This document shows positions 1 to 10,234 of a stretch of DNA of 64,000 bases, one piece after another. The stretch lies in NCBI GenBank assembly GCA_014435945.1, contig GCA_014435945.1_4088.1; one strand, given 5' to 3'. This DNA is from a phage. The notes beneath the pieces are model-generated. The model made no database searches and was not told the origin of the DNA. It worked only from the letters and a program-made list of their open reading frames with translations. Each line of letters opens with the position of its first letter. Position 1 is the stretch's first letter. The position numbers and the translations under genes are program-made.

Positions 1-324
1 ACTATTTGGTGGTCTGATGAGTTTGATGAACCAAAAATCCAACTTTGTGGTGATTTGTCCGTTTTGAGGTTGTATGCCCTTGATTCGGAAATGAATATCA
101 AGATCACATACATACCATACACAAACAAACTTATTGTAAACACCCTAAACCCAGTTACAGTATTGAAAATTTCTGATTTGGACACGATACAGTCAGATGA
201 ATCACTATTCCAACGTTCTTTGATTGATGATATGGGTGGTATTTTATATGAAGATATTGTACAATTGAAGAAGATGTATAGTGAATTGTTAGAAATTAAA
301 AACACAGTAATTGTGGGGAGTTGA
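1..324 (+). CDS. hypothetical protein, 5'-truncated at window edge; FQxS-module family
   Basis: Frame open from base 1 to stop 322-324; C-terminal motif DESLFQRSLIDDMGG. Confidence 0.55.
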   Translation, partial: TIWWSDEFDEPKIQLCGDLSVLRLYALDSEMNIKITYIPYTNKLIVNTLNPVTVLKISDLDTIQSDESLFQRSLIDDMGGILYEDIVQLKKMYSELLEIKNTVIVGS

Positions 325-325
325 T

Positions 326-730
326 ATGGTAAGTTTACTTGATATTGATAATACCAGTCTAGTACTGGCAAAAAAAGGTGTAATTCCCAATTCTACAAAA
401 ATTGATTATGCAGTTATTGAAACAAATATTGGAAATATCTGGTATGACTCCGAAAGGGATATTGTGATTAGCTGCGTAGACAGTGACCGTGCTGAGTGTT
501 GTAGGGTTGGTCATGACGGGCAATTTATTTTCGAATTCCGTTACTGGAAAGATGCTAAATTCCATCATGAGCATGTTTCAATTACAGGTGTGTATTGCAC
601 CGAAGAATCGTTCTTCATGGATAGTACTGTTAATGATTTTGGTTCAGTTACATTTGAGTACTATAAAAAAGTATACAACATATCCAGAGAAGTAATGCGA
701 ATCATCAGAAATGCTGAGGGTCAAGATTAA
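326..730 (+). CDS. hypothetical protein, FQxS-module family
   Basis: ATG 326 after GGGGAG RBS (track start 311 is TTG); C-terminal EESFFMDSTVNDFG. Confidence 0.6.
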   Translation: MVSLLDIDNTSLVLAKKGVIPNSTKIDYAVIETNIGNIWYDSERDIVISCVDSDRAECCRVGHDGQFIFEFRYWKDAKFHHEHVSITGVYCTEESFFMDSTVNDFGSVTFEYYKKVYNISREVMRIIRNAEGQD

Positions 731-731
731 C

Positions 732-1106
732 ATGACTACTATATATGACATTCTAGGTGACTTGAATAAAAATATAGATAATGATTTTGTTATTGTTGGA
801 ACTACACAAAATATAATTCATCTTCCATTGGGTACACCAGATAGGTTAATTTTTAATATATACGGAAAAACACTGACATACCTACACGATGGTATGGTTA
901 TATTGGTACTTGATATTAAAGAAAATACAATACGATATGCATATGACTTCAACGATTATTGGTCAAGAACCCATAGTATTGATATTGAGGAAGATGAACT
1001 ATTTCAATTGTCGTTAATCGAGAAAAATGTATTAGGAGTTACCGAAATTGGCATTGTTAAAAAAGCATTAGAATATGTAAATAGCAAATTAAATGGTGAG
1101 CTATGA
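732..1106 (+). CDS. hypothetical protein, FQxS-module family
   Basis: In-frame ATG just after upstream stop; EDELFQLSLIEKNVLGVTEIG near C-terminus. Confidence 0.6.
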   Translation: MTTIYDILGDLNKNIDNDFVIVGTTQNIIHLPLGTPDRLIFNIYGKTLTYLHDGMVILVLDIKENTIRYAYDFNDYWSRTHSIDIEEDELFQLSLIEKNVLGVTEIGIVKKALEYVNSKLNGEL

Positions 1107-1558
1107 TGAAAATTGATGAAATAAAAAATCATTTTGAAATTGCATTGTCTTGTAAATTTGATGGCTCTTATGTTCCTGATCCAGAAGAGATAATTAGAAT
1201 TTCCACATCGTTTTCGGAAGAGTACAATATTCTTATTGAGAAAACATATGACAGTACTGAACTCGCATTTTACAATAAGAATTCACGAACAACAACATTT
1301 ATATTATTATATAACACAACATCGGATATAATAGAAATTATAACATGTAAAACAAGCAAAGATATACATTATGAGACTATCTCAAATGTGAGTTATTGCT
1401 CAACTGAAGAAGGATACTTTCAGGAATCTCTTGTTAAAAATTTAACAGTTAGTTATTCTGATTTAAGCACTATAATCAATTGTGTTGAAAAGCTAAATGA
1501 TTTCGTTCTATCTATGTTTGATATCACAGAGCAAAACCCGAAGGTAATCAAATGCTAA
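1103..1558 (+). CDS. hypothetical protein, FQxS-module family
   Basis: ATGA stop/start overlap; EEGYFQESLVKNL motif. Confidence 0.6.
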   Translation: MMKIDEIKNHFEIALSCKFDGSYVPDPEEIIRISTSFSEEYNILIEKTYDSTELAFYNKNSRTTTFILLYNTTSDIIEIITCKTSKDIHYETISNVSYCSTEEGYFQESLVKNLTVSYSDLSTIINCVEKLNDFVLSMFDITEQNPKVIKC

Positions 1559-2007
1559 ATCCAGGACAGTTTTTCCATTTACTTAGTATTACACCTATAC
1601 CGGATTTAATCAGTGAAGCGAATCAATATCGTGATATAGGAATTGTATCTATGGAATACGATTCACCTGACTTTAAATGTTACGTAACATATGATTTGGT
1701 AGCCTATGAGTCAGAAACTGAGATAAAAAAACCATCATACATTTTTGTGTTCATATATAATGATTATAGTGGTGATCTACTCAATGATGTTCATATTGAC
1801 ACATTTGAAATATGTGATAATATTATAACAGATGATTCATCATGTACATTTGATTTATCAGAAAACAGTACTGAAGAGGCACTTTTTCAGTTGAGTACTG
1901 TTAGTGACACTGTACTAACTCTTGATGACATTGAGAAATTTAAAGAACAGCTTGACGCAGTACGTGAGATGTTCTATAATCATTATCCAGAAATCGAGTT
2001 CAATTAA
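1552..2007 (+). CDS. hypothetical protein, FQxS-module family
   Basis: Start overlaps upstream stop; EEALFQLSTVSDTVLTLDDIEK motif. Confidence 0.6.
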   Translation: MLNPGQFFHLLSITPIPDLISEANQYRDIGIVSMEYDSPDFKCYVTYDLVAYESETEIKKPSYIFVFIYNDYSGDLLNDVHIDTFEICDNIITDDSSCTFDLSENSTEEALFQLSTVSDTVLTLDDIEKFKEQLDAVREMFYNHYPEIEFN

Positions 2008-2021
2008 CTAAAGGTATCAAA

Positions 2022-2282
2022 ATGACTAAAGTAGTTCGTAAACGCCACATGATGAACATGGATGAATTTCGCACCTTTGACAAATACCGTACTATGTTTC
2101 GTATGCTGTCACAGGGCCGTCCAATCGTCATTGTAACGGAGAATTACATGTCACCTGAGATGATGTTCGGTAATTATGAAAAGGTCTTCATGTTGTACGT
2201 GAAGCGTGAATTGCTAACGATTAAGACCTTAGCTGAAGCTACAGATGAAGATATGGATGGTGATAATACATTTACCATGTGA
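2022..2282 (+). CDS. hypothetical protein
   Basis: 86 aa ORF, AGG-rich RBS region upstream. Confidence 0.5.
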   Translation: MTKVVRKRHMMNMDEFRTFDKYRTMFRMLSQGRPIVIVTENYMSPEMMFGNYEKVFMLYVKRELLTIKTLAEATDEDMDGDNTFTM

Positions 2283-2360
2283 GGAAATATATGGCAGAAA
2301 AACCAAAAGAACCATTGGACCGTGATGATGATTTTTACGACGAACGATATGGGGAATCAG

Positions 2361-2612
2361 ATGAGTGAACATCGTGCAGTACTTAAAAAGATTTTAAATG
2401 AACTTGGTGATGAGTTTAATGTTACTGAAGAAGAATATCAATGTTGGAAGAAGGATTTTGAACTCCTTGCTGAGTATGATAAAGTCTTCAATATGATTGG
2501 TGTCATTAGCCAGTACTTACTTGGTGGTGGTCGAGCCAGTGCTTCAATTCTTGCATCTGCGATCATCTGTACTTCTCGATGGTGCGATGAAAAAAGTCTG
2601 GAAGATTTCTAA
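2361..2612 (+). CDS. hypothetical protein
   Basis: Internal ATG (MSEHRAV...) after GGGGA RBS preferred over track start 2322. Confidence 0.4.
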   Translation: MSEHRAVLKKILNELGDEFNVTEEEYQCWKKDFELLAEYDKVFNMIGVISQYLLGGGRASASILASAIICTSRWCDEKSLEDF

Positions 2613-2664
2613 ATAAGATGCTATAATGTATTATAGTACCTTAACAATATAAAAAGGATTTTAT

Positions 2665-3525
2665 ATGAAACCTATCAGAGTACTGTCACTTTTTAATGGA
2701 ATGAGCGTTGGATATATGGCATTGGCAGATGCAGGTATTCCAGTTGAAAAATATTACTCATCTGAAATTGACAAGTACGCAATTGCTGAATCTTCCGAGA
2801 ATTTTCCTGATATTATCCAGTTAGGTGATGTGACTAAGTGGAAAGAATGGGATATTGAGTGGGATAAGATAGATTTACTCATGGGAGGATTCCCATGTCA
2901 AGCCTGGTCTGTTGCTGGTAAGCAAGGTGGCTTGAATGATATACGTGGACAGTTATTTTTGGTTATGGTTGACATTTTTGAGCACATCAAAAGTGTAAAT
3001 CCAAACTTGCAATTTCTGTTCGAGAATGTTAAAATGAAGGAAGATTTCAAAGAATACATTAATAGTATTTTAGGAATCACACCAGTACTGATAAATTCCC
3101 AGCATTATACGCCTCACTTCAGGCAGAGATACTACTGGTGCAGTACTGATAAGCTTTTTATACCACCTGCATTATCAAATGCCCCTAAACTTCAAGATAT
3201 CATTGAAGATGGTTGGTACACTGACAGAACCGCTTCGTACTGTATAGATGCTAACTATTTTAAGGGTGGTGATTGTAACCAGTACTTTAATAAATCAAGA
3301 CGACAGTTGGTGTTTCGTGACCCAACGATTAATCGTCAATATCTATTGGAGAATGGTAAAAGAAATATTGACTATAGACACTTAAGTGTAGTAGAATGTT
3401 GTAAATTACAGGGTATTCCTGTAGATTTCTTTAAAGTGTCTAGTAAGACACAAGCATACAAAATGCTTGGGAATGGATGGACTATGCCAGTTATATCACA
3501 CTTACTAAGAGAGATATTCTTTTGA
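2665..3525 (+). CDS. DNA (cytosine-5)-methyltransferase
   Basis: Motif I LSLFNGMSVG, motif IV GGFPCQAWSVAG, ENV motif FLFENVK, C-terminal GNGWTMPV. Confidence 0.85.
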   Translation: MKPIRVLSLFNGMSVGYMALADAGIPVEKYYSSEIDKYAIAESSENFPDIIQLGDVTKWKEWDIEWDKIDLLMGGFPCQAWSVAGKQGGLNDIRGQLFLVMVDIFEHIKSVNPNLQFLFENVKMKEDFKEYINSILGITPVLINSQHYTPHFRQRYYWCSTDKLFIPPALSNAPKLQDIIEDGWYTDRTASYCIDANYFKGGDCNQYFNKSRRQLVFRDPTINRQYLLENGKRNIDYRHLSVVECCKLQGIPVDFFKVSSKTQAYKMLGNGWTMPVISHLLREIFF

Positions 3526-3527
3526 AC

Positions 3528-4007
3528 ATGAAGAACTACCCCACCTATACTGAACGTGTAATGAAATTTCAACGTCAGTCATCAAAGGAAGAATTAGAAT
3601 TTAATTTGTACTATCCTAATATTGGTGATGAGGTATTCTATTGTTCTCATACAAAGAATGGAACTTTACTTAAATCCGGTAAAGGTATTATTGTTGATAT
3701 GATTAGCACTTTCAAAGGTAAACTTAATGTAATGTACAAAGTACAAGATTCAAGTACTGAGTGCATTCATGAAGTGATGCATAATATACCTGCATATCCA
3801 AAGGATTTTGTTGAGCTAATATCTCGAAGGGAGAAACCTATGTTTTATTGTGGTTATGACAAACTAACCAAACAAATTATTCCTAATACTATGGGAAAAT
3901 TTAAAAGTGATGTTAAAACTGAACTTAATAAGAAATTAGGTTCATCATGGGAAACTGAAAACGAATTCATCGAAATTCGTTTGATTGAAGTTACTATACT
4001 CGATTAA
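3528..4007 (+). CDS. hypothetical protein
   Basis: ATG 3528 just after methyltransferase stop (track start 3477 overlaps). Confidence 0.5.
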   Translation: MKNYPTYTERVMKFQRQSSKEELEFNLYYPNIGDEVFYCSHTKNGTLLKSGKGIIVDMISTFKGKLNVMYKVQDSSTECIHEVMHNIPAYPKDFVELISRREKPMFYCGYDKLTKQIIPNTMGKFKSDVKTELNKKLGSSWETENEFIEIRLIEVTILD

Positions 4008-4013
4008 TTACAG

Positions 4014-4037
4014 ATCCACGCTATGCGTGGATTTTTC
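4014..4037 (+). terminator. intrinsic terminator hairpin
   Basis: ATCCACGC-TAT-GCGTGGAT followed by TTTTT. Confidence 0.55.
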
Positions 4038-4049
4038 ATAGGTGCATAT

Positions 4050-4565
4050 ATGACAGTTCCTTATGTTAAAATTATTAATAATATCCTTGATTCATGGGAA
4101 GATGTTATTACTGGTAAAAAGAACCCAATGCCAGTACACGCACTAACCGGGAGACTACAATTCAGAACGTCAAACAAAACTGAAACTTTTAATAATCATG
4201 ATGTTCACATTACTATAAAATCACCTGTACGTATTGTAATTAAAAAAAATCAAGATGATGAATTGACATTATCTATTGGTAGTGATAAAATCATTTTAAG
4301 TAATTTATCCGAAGAAGAATTCTTTCAACGAAGTACTATCATCGACATGAAAGATTTCACATATGAATCATTGGTTGAACTCAATGCACGTTTCAACGAT
4401 ATTCAGGAACGATTGCGACCAATCCTCCGCAAAGAAGAAGAAGCATGGAATGAAAGTGTAAGAAAGATGCAAGAAATGTTGAAAGAAAATATTAACAATC
4501 TGGGTAAAGCTACAATGGAATTTGGTAAATCTTTTAAACTGAACTTTTCAAAGGATCGTAAATGA
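4050..4565 (+). CDS. hypothetical protein, FQxS-module family
   Basis: ATG 4050 downstream of terminator hairpin (track start 4023 lies inside it); EEEFFQRSTIIDMKDFTYESL. Confidence 0.55.
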   Translation: MTVPYVKIINNILDSWEDVITGKKNPMPVHALTGRLQFRTSNKTETFNNHDVHITIKSPVRIVIKKNQDDELTLSIGSDKIILSNLSEEEFFQRSTIIDMKDFTYESLVELNARFNDIQERLRPILRKEEEAWNESVRKMQEMLKENINNLGKATMEFGKSFKLNFSKDRK

Positions 4566-5017
4566 AAATTGATAATTTGATTCATGTCTTAGGGACTTTA
4601 CATAAAATATTATTACATCTTAACGAGATGAATAAACTAGGTTATAATGTCCATAATGTATTTGAACCTACATTTAAATATAACTCAATCACTGGAGATG
4701 GTAATTACATAATCGAATATACATATGAAACCGATCCAGACTTCTATCCTCTTACGTTGAGAATTTATCCAACAAATCCGATAGGAATTCACGACATATC
4801 ATCAATTTCACTTGATCCAGATGGTGAAACGAGTATTGAATACAATAATGATTCAAAACCAGAATTTTACATTGATGACATTAAAAAGTTGTTCAATGAT
4901 GAATATGTTTTCCAACAAAGTACTGTGCATGATGTTGGTAGTACTACTGGGCAATTTTGGAATACATGTTATTATCATATGATTGAAATTTGTAAATTAC
5001 TAAAAGGTGTTGAATAA
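4562..5017 (+). CDS. hypothetical protein, FQxS-module family
   Basis: Overlapping start; DEYVFQQSTVHDVG. Confidence 0.55.
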   Translation: MKIDNLIHVLGTLHKILLHLNEMNKLGYNVHNVFEPTFKYNSITGDGNYIIEYTYETDPDFYPLTLRIYPTNPIGIHDISSISLDPDGETSIEYNNDSKPEFYIDDIKKLFNDEYVFQQSTVHDVGSTTGQFWNTCYYHMIEICKLLKGVE

Positions 5018-5400
5018 TGAAATACTGCATTGAAGTACATTACACTACAGGTGATACTGAAAATTGTTATGACGTTCTTAATACAATTGATATTCAATGG
5101 TCTTCTAAAGAGGAAGCAGTTGCTGCTTTACAGTGCCTAAAAGAGCATTGGGTGTTTTATATGAAGCAAGATAATTGCTATACAAAAGAACACGAAACGA
5201 TCATGGAAAATGCTAAACAAAAAGAGTGGTTTGACCCAATATCACCAGAATATTCATTCTTGGTTAAAGTTGGCGATGTAACTGTTCCATTACGAACACC
5301 GTGGAACGGCTACTTTGAAACTCTTCATAATGCACGAGTTGTCGCTGTTGATAACCCTGAACAAATCGATTTCGATTCATTGGACTGGAAAAAACTATGA
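5017..5400 (+). CDS. hypothetical protein
   Basis: 127 aa ORF, TAATG overlap with upstream gene. Confidence 0.5.
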   Translation: MKYCIEVHYTTGDTENCYDVLNTIDIQWSSKEEAVAALQCLKEHWVFYMKQDNCYTKEHETIMENAKQKEWFDPISPEYSFLVKVGDVTVPLRTPWNGYFETLHNARVVAVDNPEQIDFDSLDWKKL

Positions 5401-5840
5401 CAGTACTGCACCGATTGAAGAAGGTTAAGCATCCAGTTGTATATGAGGACTGGAAACGACAGAAGTTGCTGGGTGATTTTTATTACCCAAAATCTAAAGT
5501 TCTTGCGAATTCAAGATGTACATATTGCACACATAATGATAAAGATACAGTATTTGTCGAAATGGGTTTCCATCCATCAAACACAATGTTCACTACTAAC
5601 CAAACGTTTTACAAATTTCATATACAAAAAGATTCATTTACTGTTATGATTATAAAACATTTAGTTGAAGATCTGGCATTCAGTGAAGAACGAGTACCTT
5701 TATCATTAGTGGATATTCCTTATAATAATTTAGAGGAAATGTACTTCCAACAGTTGACAGTACAAGAAAACTTTGGTATGATAGGACTTCAAGAGTTAGA
5801 GATGATTAAGCAAATTCGTGATATCTACTTTAAGGAGTAA
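5397..5840 (+). CDS. hypothetical protein, FQxS-module family
   Basis: ATGA overlap; EEMYFQQLTVQENFGMIGLQELE. Confidence 0.55.
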   Translation: MTVLHRLKKVKHPVVYEDWKRQKLLGDFYYPKSKVLANSRCTYCTHNDKDTVFVEMGFHPSNTMFTTNQTFYKFHIQKDSFTVMIIKHLVEDLAFSEERVPLSLVDIPYNNLEEMYFQQLTVQENFGMIGLQELEMIKQIRDIYFKE

Positions 5841-5842
5841 CT

Positions 5843-5986
5843 ATGCCAGTACGTAACAGTACTTCACGCTTTACGCTTCAACAGAAAGCAGATCTTTTGA
5901 ATATGGCAAACAAAGATTCTAATTTTCACTATCTAGTACTCGGTGGTTCAGTTGAAAAGATTGACCTACGTGAGTGTATGAAATAA
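5843..5986 (+). CDS. small hypothetical protein (47 aa)
   Basis: Below ORF-track cutoff; ATG preceded by TAAGGAG. Confidence 0.35.
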   Translation: MPVRNSTSRFTLQQKADLLNMANKDSNFHYLVLGGSVEKIDLRECMK

Positions 5987-6002
5987 CAAAAAGGGGACTA
6001 AA

Positions 6003-6173
6003 ATGAGTCTACGTGAATCATGGGAACAATTTAAAGAAGAGATTGGTTATCGTGGTGTCAAAATCGAACCAATCAATCGCACCGAAAGCATCAAAGCTAG
6101 TACTAATGGCACTACCTATGATCGTTATGATGAAAAGTATGGTTTACATTCTAAACCAAAGGATACTGAGTAA
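6003..6173 (+). CDS. small hypothetical protein (56 aa)
   Basis: ATG preceded by AAAGGGGA; fills gap between genes. Confidence 0.3.
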   Translation: MSLRESWEQFKEEIGYRGVKIEPINRTESIKASTNGTTYDRYDEKYGLHSKPKDTE

Positions 6174-6316
6174 TGGTGTATACTAATATTTTTACTGGTA
6201 TTATGCGTAAGTTTGTTAATGGTACTGGATATGTATCCAATGACAACGGTAGAACATGGGTAAAAAATAATACGTCCGAATCTTTAGTGAAAAGTCTTCC
6301 GTATTATAAAGCTTGA
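6173..6316 (+). CDS. small hypothetical protein (47 aa)
   Basis: TAATG overlap with upstream small ORF; stop inside -35 of next promoter. Confidence 0.25.
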   Translation: MVYTNIFTGIMRKFVNGTGYVSNDNGRTWVKNNTSESLVKSLPYYKA

Positions 6317-6341
6317 CACATGAAAATGGAGTATGTATAAT
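6313..6341 (+). promoter_or_regulatory. sigma70-like promoter
   Basis: TTGACA, 17-bp spacer, TATAAT. Confidence 0.55.
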
Positions 6342-6373
6342 ACTCCTATATTAATCAAATGAGGATATACGAA

Positions 6374-6946
6374 ATGGCTGGTGTTGATAAAATTTGTGAA
6401 TTCAGTGGCGATTATGAAGGTTACGAAATGTACAAGTCCAAGCGTAATCACATTCAAGTTCTGTCAAAGTACCGTAAAGAATTCCGAGGACACAAAGCAA
6501 CATTGTATGTTTTTGAGAATGGATATTCTGAAGTTTTCACAAGTGGTGGGTATAGTACAGCTAACATGGCACATATCAACCCAAACCCAACTGAAGATGA
6601 TTGGAATAGTGGTAACGCTTTTCGTATTTCAATTTTGAATAAAATGAATCGTTACGACCGTTATTGTACATTCTTTGAAAATATTTCAGAATACAAGCAA
6701 GCATTAAAGAAATATAATCAACGCTTACTAATGAATTATGATTACATTCTTCATGTTCCTACTGTTCCAGGTCAGGTTAATGGTCTGTATACGAACAGTA
6801 CACATGATTTAACTGCGGTGAAGCGTCGCCTCAAACGTATGTTGGGTTGTGGTAATTTAACAATCAAGGTTATGCGTAATGAATCAATGTATAACTTTTT
6901 AAATGTACTACACTACACATTGAAGGATAATAATGGAAACGATTAA
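6374..6946 (+). CDS. hypothetical protein
   Basis: ATG 6374 after TGAGGA RBS (track start 6359). Confidence 0.5.
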   Translation: MAGVDKICEFSGDYEGYEMYKSKRNHIQVLSKYRKEFRGHKATLYVFENGYSEVFTSGGYSTANMAHINPNPTEDDWNSGNAFRISILNKMNRYDRYCTFFENISEYKQALKKYNQRLLMNYDYILHVPTVPGQVNGLYTNSTHDLTAVKRRLKRMLGCGNLTIKVMRNESMYNFLNVLHYTLKDNNGND

Positions 6947-7130
6947 GTTTATGTTTGAGGTGTTTGTTGCATTCATCTTATGTGCTGTATCTATTGCTAT
7001 TGCTTTAATCCCAGTAATCGTTTACCAAGTTAATGGTGGTACAGACCCTACAGTTGATCTGTTTCTTCGTTGCGTGGGATTCTGCATATGGTTGGCGATG
7101 TTTATGTACTATATGCATCGTGAGGATTGA
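6933..7130 (+). CDS. small membrane protein
   Basis: 65 aa, two hydrophobic helices. Confidence 0.5.
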   Translation: METIKFMFEVFVAFILCAVSIAIALIPVIVYQVNGGTDPTVDLFLRCVGFCIWLAMFMYYMHRED

Positions 7131-7963
7131 TTATGTCATTGGAAAAAGTAATTATTTCTGAATTCCGAAAGTACATCATTGATTGTGATAGAGATACCCA
7201 GCGTAAGTTCAATGAGTATCTTGACAAATATCCATATTTGATGTTTAATCCATTTGAAACTCAATCCGATGTTAATCTTGGATTTTACATTGGGTTTACA
7301 CAACGAATTCTACAACAATATGAGATGAAACAGCCAGAGGTTTGGGTAGAAACTGATTCGAATGAGACGAATGTTTTTTATCTGTACTCTTATTATGCGG
7401 AAATTGTTAGTTCAATGACGCTAGAAGGGTATCTATTCGTCAAAACATCTGATATTGAAAAAATATACATAGAACCTGTATCTTTGGATATGGTTGCCCA
7501 GCTTCCAACAGTTCAATATTTGGATGCAAATGAGTTGACATATTCGGTGTTTGAGTACCTTAACCGAGACGATTTAACTCAAGAAATTGAGAATATGGTT
7601 TCAAAATATACCACAACTCTTATATCTAATGGTTCACTTAGAATAGAACTGATTTACGACGATACTAGTACTAATGCAGTACGAGGAACTCGAATTGGAA
7701 AAGTTACTATACGTGTTGTCCACAATGATGTAGTACTTGGTTATATTTCGAAACGTGGTCATGACTTGTGTTTGATTAACACATATGTTATTGAACGAAA
7801 AGAATGGAACGATTTAATGCAAAAAATCGTAGACGGAAGTGGAATTCGTGATATAATGTGTAATGAGGTAGTGACAATGAATCCTGACATTGACTGTGAT
7901 GTATATTTCCCAGTTCCTGGATTTACTCTACGTAATTTTGGTACATTAAAGGGTACAAAATGA
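7127..7963 (+). CDS. hypothetical protein
   Basis: 278 aa ORF, ATGA overlap. Confidence 0.55.
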   Translation: MIMSLEKVIISEFRKYIIDCDRDTQRKFNEYLDKYPYLMFNPFETQSDVNLGFYIGFTQRILQQYEMKQPEVWVETDSNETNVFYLYSYYAEIVSSMTLEGYLFVKTSDIEKIYIEPVSLDMVAQLPTVQYLDANELTYSVFEYLNRDDLTQEIENMVSKYTTTLISNGSLRIELIYDDTSTNAVRGTRIGKVTIRVVHNDVVLGYISKRGHDLCLINTYVIERKEWNDLMQKIVDGSGIRDIMCNEVVTMNPDIDCDVYFPVPGFTLRNFGTLKGTK

Positions 7964-8250
7964 AAATTTTAGAAGTCTTACTTGAAAAGGATGCATCCGG
8001 CACTCTTTATGTTGGTAATGAGTTCAGTCCTGATCCAATTGATATGATGCAGCGTATTCAAACACTGACCCAATCAATTTCAGTTAAACAACCTTTCCTA
8101 AAAGAATTGGAAATTCACTGCGATAAAGATATGGAACAACATGATAATGTTATTTCTGATATCAAAAGTCTATTGACAAAGAATGGATATGTGGAGTATA
8201 ATCCTTCTATCGTAATCGTTATCCCTGACTTTATGAAAGGAACATTGTAA
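7960..8250 (+). CDS. hypothetical protein
   Basis: 96 aa ORF, ATGA overlap. Confidence 0.5.
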   Translation: MKILEVLLEKDASGTLYVGNEFSPDPIDMMQRIQTLTQSISVKQPFLKELEIHCDKDMEQHDNVISDIKSLLTKNGYVEYNPSIVIVIPDFMKGTL

Positions 8251-8519
8251 TGACTAAAGAAGAAATGAAATCTCGCCTAAGCGAACTTAAGAAAGAACGA
8301 AAACTAGTCCGTTTGGACTGGGACATTCTTAACAAAAAAGATGAGCAATCATATGCTAACTGGAGTTCCGATAAAGTTCGCAATGACCGTTCCAAAGAAG
8401 ACGCTAAACAGTTTATGGCATTGACCAAACGTTTATCTTCACTGAATAGTGAAATTACAGGTCTTCAAAAGGAAATTATTTCAATTCTTCAAGTGGAGAT
8501 CAACTCACTGTATGAATAA
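8250..8519 (+). CDS. hypothetical coiled-coil protein
   Basis: 89 aa, charged heptad-like sequence. Confidence 0.5.
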   Translation: MTKEEMKSRLSELKKERKLVRLDWDILNKKDEQSYANWSSDKVRNDRSKEDAKQFMALTKRLSSLNSEITGLQKEIISILQVEINSLYE

Positions 8520-8808
8520 ACATGAAGTGATTCATTTTGATGGTAAGATTTATGTACCAAACAATGATAGTACTGAATCTTATTATCTAATCAATGCAAT
8601 TATGTCAGAAACACAAACATGTTGCCGTCAGCGTCCAGGTGAGTATGAGTTCAGTCAGACCATTGGTTATTATCGTTATACTGAACTTGATAAATTTACA
8701 ATCGATTCTAAAAAAGTTATTGACGTTCTCACGAAGAACGGATATAATGAATCCGAATCAAACGAAACAGAGTTACCAGTTGTGAAATTTGTTCTAAAAA
8801 ATAATTAA
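8512..8808 (+). CDS. hypothetical protein
   Basis: ATG 8512 overlapping upstream stop (track start 8449). Confidence 0.45.
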   Translation: MNKHEVIHFDGKIYVPNNDSTESYYLINAIMSETQTCCRQRPGEYEFSQTIGYYRYTELDKFTIDSKKVIDVLTKNGYNESESNETELPVVKFVLKNN

Positions 8809-8925
8809 TTTTTGGGACAACACTGAAAAGCATGATATAATGTATATTATCGGCAGATGTAAAAATGCAAACCATTCCTCAATGATGAGGGTTTTTCATA
8901 AAAAAGAAATAAAAGGGTATTAAAA

Positions 8926-9135
8926 ATGGCTAAAGAAACTAACGCACAAGTACTAGATATCACCGACTTCGACCGCACTGTGAACTACATTCAGTTCCAG
9001 ATTCATCAAGCTGAAGAAGCTCTCGCAGTATTCCACGGTACTGGTGCAAGGCCAATCCGTTTTGCTCATCTAATTGCATGGAAGAAAAGTCTACAAGAAG
9101 AACTTTCTGAACTGCGTAAAGCAAACCGTAAGTAA
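8926..9135 (+). CDS. hypothetical protein
   Basis: 69 aa ORF between promoter-like -10 and terminator. Confidence 0.5.
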   Translation: MAKETNAQVLDITDFDRTVNYIQFQIHQAEEALAVFHGTGARPIRFAHLIAWKKSLQEELSELRKANRK

Positions 9136-9145
9136 TTGATTTCCC

Positions 9146-9173
9146 GCCTCATCAATGTTGATGGGGCTTTTTT
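9146..9173 (+). terminator. intrinsic terminator
   Basis: GCCTCATCAA/TTGATGGGGC stem followed by TTTTTT. Confidence 0.6.
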
Positions 9174-9200
9174 AATAAAATACAAACTGAGGATATATTA

Positions 9201-9707
9201 ATGAGTGTTGAATATTGGTTTTTGTTTATATGTCTTGGTACACTAGTACTGATTACATTGGGCTTAATCTTCAATACGGTAATCAGTGGTAGTAATTACT
9301 TCAAGTCCTTTCAACTTCTAATGTCAGCTATGCAGTACAGTGACGAGGCAGAAGAAACCACTACGTTGATTTTGAATAAACTTGAAGCTAACTTACTGGT
9401 TGCTAAAATTTCTTCGTGTAATACAAATATTGTATTTTATGCATCACCCGTGGACCTTAATGGGTACGAAATGAGTTACCAGCCAGCCGTTGCTGAAATT
9501 TTTATTGGTTCTAAGTATTATGCATATGGATATATCCGAAAGTATTATACTGAAGCAAAAGCCGAGCTAACAAAGAAACGACCGTCAATTAAGACATTAA
9601 AGCGTATCATCGCACTAGAAAAGAAACTACGAGGTGATGTGACAAAAAATGATTCACCCACTGTAGTAAATACAAAGAAAAAAAATAACGTAGTGGAGTT
9701 GGATTAA
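9201..9707 (+). CDS. membrane-anchored hypothetical protein
   Basis: 168 aa; N-terminal hydrophobic helix. Confidence 0.5.
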   Translation: MSVEYWFLFICLGTLVLITLGLIFNTVISGSNYFKSFQLLMSAMQYSDEAEETTTLILNKLEANLLVAKISSCNTNIVFYASPVDLNGYEMSYQPAVAEIFIGSKYYAYGYIRKYYTEAKAELTKKRPSIKTLKRIIALEKKLRGDVTKNDSPTVVNTKKKNNVVELD

Positions 9708-10012
9708 TGGACGCAGATAAATCAAACAGTATTCTTATTGATGTACAAACGAAGTTATTAGATGTTATGGAAATCATCAAAGATTTACCACAAGGATATC
9801 AGTTTAAAGTTCGTGAAATGTTATCTTGTGCAGAAACTGTTGTGTCTATGTACAATGATGTGCAGCATGGAATTATCCCTGAAATTCTTCAAGATGGTCT
9901 AAATATTAACACAAAGATTCCAGTACAAGAGCCTGAAGAGGTTGTTCAGCCTGAACCAGAACCTACTATACGTAAAGTACTGGATCTATCTGGTATCAAA
10001 ATTAACATCTAA
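9707..10012 (+). CDS. hypothetical protein
   Basis: 101 aa, TAATG overlap. Confidence 0.5.
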   Translation: MDADKSNSILIDVQTKLLDVMEIIKDLPQGYQFKVREMLSCAETVVSMYNDVQHGIIPEILQDGLNINTKIPVQEPEEVVQPEPEPTIRKVLDLSGIKINI

Positions 10013-10035
10013 AATACATTCAATAGGAGAAGTAA

Positions 10036-10184
10036 TGAGTAATCAAAAAATTGACTTAGTAGTAAAACTTCAAGAGATTCAAGAACTAGCGAAATCCCTT
10101 GATGAAAAACGTGCAGCAGCAGTTGATTCACTGTGTGCAACAATCCTGACTGTTTTTGCAGATTACGAAAAGAAATCTGATTGA
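10036..10184 (+). CDS. small hypothetical protein
   Basis: ATG after AGGAGAAG RBS; the longer track ORF 9942 overlaps upstream gene. Confidence 0.4.
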
Positions 10185-10196
10185 ACATTACTTTAT

Positions 10197-10223
10197 ACCC
10201 AGTCTAGTACTGGGTATTTTTTT
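10197..10223 (+). terminator. intrinsic terminator
   Basis: ACCCAGT...ACTGGGT hairpin followed by T-run. Confidence 0.6.
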
Positions 10224-10234
10224 AAGGAAATAAA

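Noticed and set aside
359-574. Minus-strand ORFs inside plus-strand genes (e.g. 359..574, 2898..3080, 10855..11142, 11341..11556, 24934..25173, 25533..26009, 43312..43566, 43331..43561, 44149..44430, 44833..45039)
   Set aside because: They lie antisense within longer, tightly packed plus-strand genes, lack ribosome-binding sites, and give low-complexity products; treated as shadow ORFs.
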